A DNA stretch of 25,404 nucleotides, from contig JAYZAY010000077.1 in the NCBI GenBank assembly GCA_036339465.1, forward strand, positions 1 to 25,404, given 5' to 3'. Below, piece by piece: positions 18,459-25,404 of the stretch; within the stretch, counting starts at the first letter, position 1; every line of letters starts with the position of its first letter. A program made the translations under genes and the position numbers. The notes under the pieces are model-generated. The model had not been told where the DNA came from. It was given only the letters and a program-made list of their open reading frames with translations, and ran no database searches. Origin of the DNA: Myxococcota bacterium (lineage in GTDB: Bacteria > Myxococcota > XYA12-FULL-58-9 > JABJBS01).

Positions 18459-18727
18459 CGGTGCCCTACCTCTCCCAATGATAATTTTTTCGAATTCGAA
18501 AAGAGGGAGCACGCTTTGATGAAATTTTAATCACTATTTAATCGGGTGTAGCTTTTCAAAAGTACGCTTACACCTGCTTCTATTGGTGTTGTTCAAGATA
18601 AATACAAGTAAAGTCATGAGTATAGACCTGTCTGAATGGGCATTGGAAATGGCACAATTGCAGCCAACTAGCCTGTCCCATGGATGGGCCGATTTTTGGA
18701 TGGGGAGAGGTGGTTTTGATTTGGAAA

Positions 18728-19693
18728 TTAACCAAACCAAACAACAGGATGCGTATGGAAAAGTGCGGTGAGAAGTGTGATGACAAAAATAACTGTTGCG
18801 CCGCCCGATGAAGCTTCACAGAGAGTGGCCAATTTGGGGGTTGGGTTTGAAATAAACTTAATGAATGTTCCAAAACCTAAGAGAATGGCTAAGCTCAATG
18901 GGATCCACCAACCCCAGGTTGGCGCGGTTGGTAATATCAGCTCGAGAATGTTGAAAGCCAAGAATGCATTGAGCACGACGAAAATACAGAGGGTCATAGG
19001 AGCACCCTTTAGACCTAGCACCTTGGTGTATGAATCGATGGTGTCGCGTTCGTCTTGTGGAGCTTTGATTTTGCGGCTTACTTCCCCGGCAAAAGAGGTG
19101 AAGAAACCCAGTGTTACTATCCAAAGGGTTGGTTCTATGGGAAGTGGGGCATCATGTGCGGCCATGGTCATATACCATACGAACGCGATGGGAACGACGA
19201 GCATATGGGAAATGGCATAGAGGAACAGCCGTTTTTCGAGCCACGCGCCGAGAAAGAATTCCTTTGCCATCAATAGGCTCCAGCCAATGGTGATGAACCA
19301 GATTTGGGTGATCGGGCCCATTCCTCCGTCTAGGTAGAGGGAGACCGAAAGTTGAATGCAGATCCCGAGGGCTCCGACCTTTTTCAGATCGCTCAAGGTG
19401 ATGATACCGCTTTGAAGCACTCGATTGGGGTGATTTTGGCAATCCAGTTCATAGTCTTTATGTTCATCGAATACGCGAAGCATCAAATAAAAAAACCAGC
19501 ACGCCAGGTATCCCAAAATTTGAGGAATTCCAATTTCCAACGATTCCTTGCCAATCAAATGTTGGGCGTAAAGGTGGGGCAAGAGAAAGACGAGCAAGAA
19601 AGCGATGGCGGTTGCCGGTGGGAACCGTTCATTCATCCAACCGAGAAATCGGCTTGGAAAGGGGCTGTTTTTGCTGAGGGGCTGATTCGACAT
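18728..19693 (-). CDS. UbiA-superfamily intramembrane prenyltransferase-like protein (divergent)
   Basis: Polytopic membrane protein. First Asp-rich motif LRVFDEHKDYELDCQNHPNRVLQSG; second-motif region EVSRKIKAPQDERDTIDSYTKVLG. Confidence 0.8.
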   Translation of the reverse strand: MSNQPLSKNSPFPSRFLGWMNERFPPATAIAFLLVFLLPHLYAQHLIGKESLEIGIPQILGYLACWFFYLMLRVFDEHKDYELDCQNHPNRVLQSGIITLSDLKKVGALGICIQLSVSLYLDGGMGPITQIWFITIGWSLLMAKEFFLGAWLEKRLFLYAISHMLVVPIAFVWYMTMAAHDAPLPIEPTLWIVTLGFFTSFAGEVSRKIKAPQDERDTIDSYTKVLGLKGAPMTLCIFVVLNAFLAFNILELILPTAPTWGWWIPLSLAILLGFGTFIKFISNPTPKLATLCEASSGGATVIFVITLLTALFHTHPVVWFG

Positions 19694-19961
19694 GTTTCAA
19701 TGTTCCTGTTTTGCTCAATGCGTTCGTGACGTTTGATTGTGATATTCACCGAATCTTTTCGTAAATCGGCTTTGGGTGCAACTTTTGCACCGCGATACTC
19801 GTGTGCAATTACTGCCACGAAATAATCAAAATGCCGATAGGGTCTAAGGCTACATCTGCGAAGAGATTAAACCATGCCGAGATGGATAAAGACGAAGGCA
19901 AAAAAGAAAGCGTGGATGGCGCTTGAGTTGTTCATCATGCTCTCACAGAAAGAGCAAGAGA

Positions 19962-22760
19962 CTAATCTTCCAAATATTCCGTTGCATGTGGATCGAGTTT
20001 AATCATTCTTCGTAAATTCATGTAGACGTGTTCGATGAAACCATAATTTCTGAAGGTGTGTGCCATGAGATACATGGCCAAGCGATTGATTCCGAAATCC
20101 CGGACGGCGAGTGAAAATCCTCTCTTCCAAGTGTCTTGGTCAATCTTGTCACCGGTGGCGCTCTCAAGTTTGCGGCGATGGCGTTCGGAATATTTTACGA
20201 TGAGTTCGTAGTCGTAGTTCCGCGGCAGGGTGAAACATAGAAACTCTACCAAATCTCTTTGAGGGATGTGGAGCGTGGCGAGTTCCCAGTCGTATGCACA
20301 CAATCTTAGGTTGTCATTGGCGTCTTTTCGAAAGCACATATTTCTGGGGTTAAAGTCGTTATGGATTAGGGTTCTTGGCATTTTCTCGATTTCGGACCAC
20401 CACTCTCCGATGTTGGAAACTATCTTCTGGTGAACGGAGAGATCGCCATGGCTGAACCAATCTGGAAACTCTTGGTAGGCGTGATACGCGAGGGTTTCCC
20501 ACAGGCTGTGCATTTCTTGCATGTCGTTGGCGGTCATGACGGTTCCCAGCCACTCTTGTTGTTGTAACTCTTCTTCTCGCCTCCACCAGATGGATTGGAG
20601 CTCAGCTAGGCCATCGATGGCTGCATTGATATGTTTGTCTGTCCAGTTAGTGGTATCATCGGCGGTATTGATGAGTTCCATATTGTCGAGTTTTTCCATA
20701 ACCACAGCGTAGGCTTCTCGGGTGTCGTCTCGAAAAGTGCGGTAAATTTCCGGTGTGTATCGGAGGAAGCGTGGATCCGATTGTTCATAAATTGCCAGTT
20801 CCCGAATATGGCATTTCTGGAAGCCAAGGCGGTGTTTATTCTTGTCGTGAGCAGATGCGAGTTTGGCGTCGCACATCCGGGCCATGGCATTCACCATCAC
20901 AATCACTTCCTGATCATTGGGTTTAATTTTGATCAAGACTTCTTGTTCTGTCTGACCGCTTTTTGCGTGACTGAGGCTTAGCTTGAAAGGAAAGAGTCCT
21001 ACCAATTTCTTTACTCGGCGAGCTGTCAGTTCAGTGATAATACTACTTCCCATCTTCATTTCGATGGGCTCTACCTTATGGACTTGAATGCCGGTATCTT
21101 GCAGGAGCTTTTGTACGCCGGGGGTGAAGAAAGCGGGGGTGAGGTCTTTGGCGGTAAACCAATCGACAGGTCGGTTGCGTCCCAGTCGCTCGTGGGCCGA
21201 CGCGAATTGGCCGCTTGCTACGGCCGAGAGCGTCGAGAGGTCTAGGGCCAAACAGAATCCCGCGATAATTTCAGCCAACCGTCCCGATTTTCGGACGCCT
21301 GCGCAATCGAGTATTTCTAGATAGTTTTGTTGGTGGGGCAGATTGGTTCCGCCTCCCACACTTCCCACAATGAGCGCGGGTAGGTCCATTGAGGCGTAGA
21401 GCCCGTCGTCGATTGATTCGATGACCAATTGCCCGATGGAAGATTCATGAACAGAGGCGATGTCTTGTCCTGTGGCTGTAAACATAGCCCCGATAACGTT
21501 GGCAATGTTGATGTTGTAACCCAGCGTTCCGATGGCCACGCTTCCACGAAGGCTACGTTTGTACATATCTTCCAGTTGATCTGGGTCTACTTTCAAGATT
21601 TTCCTGAGAATCGGTCCGGGTATGAAACATTCCGCAGTGACTCGGGTTCCTCGACCCAGTAGGTAAGATTGAAAATTGGCTTTCTTATCGCCACTCATAT
21701 TGGCATCGATGACGAAGTTTTGAATCTGAATGTCTGGGAAGTGGGTCATTTGTTCAAGAATCCAATTGCATGCCTTCCAGGTGCAGGTGGTGGTCATGTT
21801 TTGACCGGCCGCGTCTCCTGTTTCGTAGATGAAATGGGCATTGATGTCAGAGCCTACTTGATTGGGATAAACTTCTTTGAGGTTGGCGTAATTAGAGACC
21901 AACCGGGTTTGAGCTCGGATTTCATCGATATGATCGGTCATCCAGTCTCTTAGTTTACTGGCTTGTTCGGTGTTGCCCAATCTAAAGTAGGGCACCCGAA
22001 TCATCCTTTGTCTTAGGACCTTGGTTTGAACACCTCCCCCTTCGGTGATGGCGGTGGCGCCGCGTGTGGCCGAAGCCACCAGGGCACCTTCCGAAGTTCC
22101 CATGGGCGCATAGATGATACCCCGAACATTTTGGCCTCGGAAGAAAAGTGGGCCAGCCAAACCAACCGGGATTTCAACGCTACCCACGAGGTTTTCGATG
22201 TTTCCTGTTAACTTTTCCACTGGAAGACTCGTGTTTGTTATCTTATCTAATTTCTGTCCCGTGAATTCCCGAATGAAGGTGAGCCGCTCTTGACGTGCCT
22301 CTTCGGTATAATGGCCTCTGGCTGGGATTTTTTGAATCGAGTCGGGGATTTCTCCGGTGTCATATTCTTCGGCCGATTTCACGTTTTTCAATTCGCGAAA
22401 AATCTGCCATAAGCAGGAGCGACTGTCGGCATCGGATGCTTCGAGCCCCAGGACCCATGAGTCAGCGTCAGCGTCTTTAATGTGGCGAATGACCATGAGG
22501 CGAAGCGTCCGATTCAGTGTGGCTGTTCCTACCACGATGTTCTTTAAAAGCGTTCCCGCAGAGGGGATATTCGATATGTCTTTTGAAACCGAGACCGCAA
22601 CTCTAATGCCGACGCCGCCGGTTGAGATATCGAGAACTTTTCCAAGTACCCGCTCATTGCCTAGAGTAAGCACCACATAAGCACTTCGCATACCTCCGTA
22701 GGTATCGTCTGTTTCATCCATGGTGATTCGGTGGTGCGTGCGGTTGTCAATGACAGACAT
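19962..22760 (-). CDS. Three-domain fusion: PilZ-like domain / class I HMG-CoA reductase / APH-choline-kinase-like phosphotransferase
   Basis: PilZ motifs RTHHR and DISTGG. HMGR motifs ENLVG, PMGTSEGALVAS, TGDAAGQNM, GDKK, TGQD, VGGGT and catalytic His in SAHERL. Kinase motifs LIKIK, LIHNDFNPRN and YDWE. RBS AAGGAG. Confidence 0.9.
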   Translation of the reverse strand: MSVIDNRTHHRITMDETDDTYGGMRSAYVVLTLGNERVLGKVLDISTGGVGIRVAVSVSKDISNIPSAGTLLKNIVVGTATLNRTLRLMVIRHIKDADADSWVLGLEASDADSRSCLWQIFRELKNVKSAEEYDTGEIPDSIQKIPARGHYTEEARQERLTFIREFTGQKLDKITNTSLPVEKLTGNIENLVGSVEIPVGLAGPLFFRGQNVRGIIYAPMGTSEGALVASATRGATAITEGGGVQTKVLRQRMIRVPYFRLGNTEQASKLRDWMTDHIDEIRAQTRLVSNYANLKEVYPNQVGSDINAHFIYETGDAAGQNMTTTCTWKACNWILEQMTHFPDIQIQNFVIDANMSGDKKANFQSYLLGRGTRVTAECFIPGPILRKILKVDPDQLEDMYKRSLRGSVAIGTLGYNINIANVIGAMFTATGQDIASVHESSIGQLVIESIDDGLYASMDLPALIVGSVGGGTNLPHQQNYLEILDCAGVRKSGRLAEIIAGFCLALDLSTLSAVASGQFASAHERLGRNRPVDWFTAKDLTPAFFTPGVQKLLQDTGIQVHKVEPIEMKMGSSIITELTARRVKKLVGLFPFKLSLSHAKSGQTEQEVLIKIKPNDQEVIVMVNAMARMCDAKLASAHDKNKHRLGFQKCHIRELAIYEQSDPRFLRYTPEIYRTFRDDTREAYAVVMEKLDNMELINTADDTTNWTDKHINAAIDGLAELQSIWWRREEELQQQEWLGTVMTANDMQEMHSLWETLAYHAYQEFPDWFSHGDLSVHQKIVSNIGEWWSEIEKMPRTLIHNDFNPRNMCFRKDANDNLRLCAYDWELATLHIPQRDLVEFLCFTLPRNYDYELIVKYSERHRRKLESATGDKIDQDTWKRGFSLAVRDFGINRLAMYLMAHTFRNYGFIEHVYMNLRRMIKLDPHATEYLED

Positions 22761-22837
22761 GCTTTGCTCCTTCTAACGACACTTTTGTTATCGTCATGAA
22801 GTCGAGGTGAATTTAACCGCTTATAAGGCGTTTTCAG

Positions 22838-22901
22838 GTTGAAACGATATTTCTTAGTAAGTTTTTCAAGAAATGGAGTTTCAACCAAGGATCTTAGTAA
22901 G
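22838..22901. promoter_or_regulatory. Two composite motifs GTTnnAAC-N6-TCTTAGTAAG with an exact 40-bp period; candidate operators upstream of the HMGR fusion
   Basis: GTTGAAAC at 22838 and GTTTCAAC at 22878; TCTTAGTAAG at 22852 and 22892. Confidence 0.5.
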
Positions 22902-22954
22902 GAATTGTGTGTATTTGGCGGAGAAGTGGTGGCTTACTCTTTAAGTGGCCGAAA

Positions 22955-24340
22955 TCACGTTGGTTTATTCTCTTTCTTACTGTGTTTTGTGAGGCGCATG
23001 CCAACGGAGTTTTTGGGGCGTAGGGTAATGGAGGGATGTAGCTTCAGTTGGAAGTCATCGGCCAATCTGAAGTCATAGTTTTTGAGAATCAGAGCAAGAA
23101 CAATACTGGCTTCTAAGAACGCAAACTCTCTTCCGATGCAGAGTCGTTGCCCCGCTCCAAAGGGGATAAATGCGTAACGTTTTTCCCCTCGAGGTTCATT
23201 CTGCTCAAATCTTTCCGGCCAGAACTTTTCGGGGTCTGTGTAGAGATCTGGGTTTCGGTGAAGCGCGTAGGGGCTAATGCTGACGCTTGCGCCTTTGGGA
23301 ATTTTCACACCGCAAACGACGTCATCTTCAGTGGCTTTTCGACCCATGAGCCATATGGGGGGATAGAGGCGAAGGCTCTCTTGAAGTACGAGATTGAGAT
23401 AGGGGAGTAGGGAAAGGTTTTCCAAATTGGGTGGTCTGTCTATGCATACTTCTTCGATTTCTCGTCGGAGTTTTTCTTTGCATTTTGGGTTTTTGGCGAG
23501 GAGGAGGAGTGTCCAGGTTAAGAGGGCCGCGGTGGTATCGTGGCCGGCGAGGAATACGGTCATGACTTCGTCACGTATTTGTTGGTCATTCATGCAATAA
23601 CCTTCTTCTTCATCTTGGGTACGAATCAATTCGTCTAAAAGGTCGTTTCTCGGTTTTTCTTCTTTTCGTCGCTGGGCAATCATTCCCATGACCACCGTAT
23701 CGAGTTTACTTAAGAGCGTGTCAAATTGCTCTGATTGGGGTTTCATTCGGTTGAGTACCTTTCCCAAGGGGCCTCGTCCTGCGTCCAATAGATGCATGAT
23801 TTTGTCGATGGATTGGGTGACCTTATCGGCCTCGCCTTCAACCGAGGTGCCAAACATGGTTTGACTGATAACCGACATGGTAATGCGCGTCATTTCTTTG
23901 AAATAGTCAACGGGGCTCCCCGTTTTGGTGGCTTCGGTCCATGTTGAAAATCGAGCCCTGGTTACGGATTCCGTAATTTCTGCGACTCGGAGCATATGCT
24001 TTTTATGGAATGCCGGTTGGACAATCCGCCGGTTCTTACGCCAGTATTCTCCCTCTGAGATCAAGATGCCATTTCCCAAAACCTGACTGAGCCGGGCAAA
24101 AGTTCGAGTTTTACGGGAGTAGTTAGCGGCATTCTTCACGAGTACATGTTTGACTCCCTCTGGGTCATTAACCAAATACATATTGTAGCCGAAGGCTTTC
24201 ATGGTGGATACGGGTCCCAGGGCGGCACCCTTCATCATCATGGGTATGGGCCAGATCTGAATGGCTGGCCAGTGTCCAAGGATCGGCAAGCCGGGGATCG
24301 TGGGCGCTTTCTTTGAAGGTGTGTTGATATCGGAGTTCAC
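22955..24340 (-). CDS. Cytochrome P450
   Basis: I-helix AGHDTT, ExxR (ESLR), PERF and heme ligand FGAGQRLCIG. Confidence 0.97.
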   Translation of the reverse strand: MNSDINTPSKKAPTIPGLPILGHWPAIQIWPIPMMMKGAALGPVSTMKAFGYNMYLVNDPEGVKHVLVKNAANYSRKTRTFARLSQVLGNGILISEGEYWRKNRRIVQPAFHKKHMLRVAEITESVTRARFSTWTEATKTGSPVDYFKEMTRITMSVISQTMFGTSVEGEADKVTQSIDKIMHLLDAGRGPLGKVLNRMKPQSEQFDTLLSKLDTVVMGMIAQRRKEEKPRNDLLDELIRTQDEEEGYCMNDQQIRDEVMTVFLAGHDTTAALLTWTLLLLAKNPKCKEKLRREIEEVCIDRPPNLENLSLLPYLNLVLQESLRLYPPIWLMGRKATEDDVVCGVKIPKGASVSISPYALHRNPDLYTDPEKFWPERFEQNEPRGEKRYAFIPFGAGQRLCIGREFAFLEASIVLALILKNYDFRLADDFQLKLHPSITLRPKNSVGMRLTKHSKKENKPT

Positions 24341-24343
24341 GGG

Positions 24344-25252
24344 CTAACTTCCTTTTGGGTCCACGGTTGCCAAATGGCTTCTTATTTTCTGATTTGTGTC
24401 ATCGGATTGTTCTTGGTGTGCCCAGTGACCGGCGTTGTCTAGATAATCGACTTCGAAATTGCGCACATATTTTTTGTAGCTCGATGGATCCGCAAGTTCG
24501 GGCTCCAGGAAGGGATCGTCTAGAGCCCAGATCAATTTGGTGGGAACCTCGATCATCGATGAGACTTTGTTACGGATCCGTAATTTGGCACGGTAGTAGT
24601 TGATGCCCCCTTGGAGTCCTCGTGTGGCAACTTGATCGATATAGGGCAGTAGATTCTCATCGGTAAATGGTTTTTTATTGATGGCCCGTTTTCGGTAGAT
24701 CCGATGCACAAAATCAGCCGGGTCTTTTCGAACCCAATCTTCGGGATAATTCGGGATCTGAAAGAAGAACATGTACCATGATTTCTTCAATTGTTTCCAG
24801 GTGCGAAGGGCTTTGGAAAATACCTTGGGATGGGGGCAATTGATGGTGGTGAGGCTTTTGAGTCGGGTAGGGTGGCATTGAGCAAAATGCCAAACCACGT
24901 TGCCTCCCAGGTCATGACCCACCAGATGGGCTTTAGAGATATCGAGGGTGTCTAATAGCTCGCGAATGTCTTCCACGAGATGGCCCTGGATTGAGTATTT
25001 TCGCCAATCGGAGGGAGCATCGGTTTGGCCATAGCCTCGCATGTTGGGCGCAATGACGTGGTAGTCAGGCAATAGGTTTTCGAGTTGATAGCGCCAGGTC
25101 CAAGCCAAATCTGGAAATCCGTGCACGAATAGTATTGGGGCTCCCTTTCCCCCCTCAAATACCTCCATATTGAGCCCCGATGGCAATTTGAGCATGCGTT
25201 GGGTGATGCCGGCGGGAAAGGAGGGAATTGTCGACTGGCCGGTCATGGGCAT
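24344..25252 (-). CDS. Alpha/beta-hydrolase, epoxide hydrolase family
   Basis: HGFP oxyanion motif, RGYGQT, nucleophile Asp in GHDLGG, lid tyrosines SWYMFFFQ and NYYRA, and catalytic His in AGHW. Confidence 0.9.
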   Translation of the reverse strand: MPMTGQSTIPSFPAGITQRMLKLPSGLNMEVFEGGKGAPILFVHGFPDLAWTWRYQLENLLPDYHVIAPNMRGYGQTDAPSDWRKYSIQGHLVEDIRELLDTLDISKAHLVGHDLGGNVVWHFAQCHPTRLKSLTTINCPHPKVFSKALRTWKQLKKSWYMFFFQIPNYPEDWVRKDPADFVHRIYRKRAINKKPFTDENLLPYIDQVATRGLQGGINYYRAKLRIRNKVSSMIEVPTKLIWALDDPFLEPELADPSSYKKYVRNFEVDYLDNAGHWAHQEQSDDTNQKIRSHLATVDPKGS

Positions 25253-25404
25253 TCCGTGGTTTAACTGATTCGGTATCGCTAGCGCAAAAACGATACCTTA
25301 CCTTCTTGAGTGACTACAAGTTACCTGAGAACGGATGACTTGCTCCTGTCTATGTAAATTTTCATAATGTGTGATGGGAGTGTAAGAAGTTATCATGGCC
25401 GATT

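Noticed and set aside
22837..22886. CRISPR-repeat-like ends GTTTCAAC/GTTGAAAC
   Set aside because: Only two 8-9 bp motifs, with no repeat-spacer structure.
493..25158. Numerous short overlapping or antisense ORFs in the six-frame track
   Set aside because: They are shadows of well-supported genes, with no motifs or RBS support.
25395..25404. Possible start of a divergent + strand gene at the window end
   Set aside because: Only a few codons are visible, so it cannot be supported.

Overview
Bacterial DNA of about 50% GC. The gene content suggests a diderm, delta-proteobacteria/Myxococcota-like organism, but this is inference. The window opens inside a 12-bp tandem repeat and degenerate 4-bp-periodic arrays, upstream of a type Ib-like partition pair (short ParA plus a small putative ribbon-helix-helix partner). 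A + strand envelope-transport block follows: LolA-like periplasmic protein, probable outer-membrane beta-barrel, MMPL/RND transporter, SAM methyltransferase, two LolE/FtsX-like permeases, a LolD-like ATPase, and a helical TatT/BstC-like exported protein. Next come a PEP-utilizer/RPH-PigC-type ATP-dependent phosphotransferase and a GNAT-like protein. These face a - strand block: epoxide hydrolase, cytochrome P450, a three-domain PilZ / HMG-CoA reductase / APH-choline-kinase-like fusion, and a divergent UbiA prenyltransferase. Between the two blocks lie a GltPh-type symporter with a large insertion and a decayed zinc-ribbon/receiver pseudogene that the ORF track misses. The best candidate for an undescribed system is a non-canonical mevalonate/isoprenoid-lipid pathway (HMGR-kinase, PEP-utilizer, UbiA, P450, epoxide hydrolase), possibly gated by c-di-GMP, with a dedicated lipid export apparatus. 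All functional calls come from motif recognition by eye; no searches were run.
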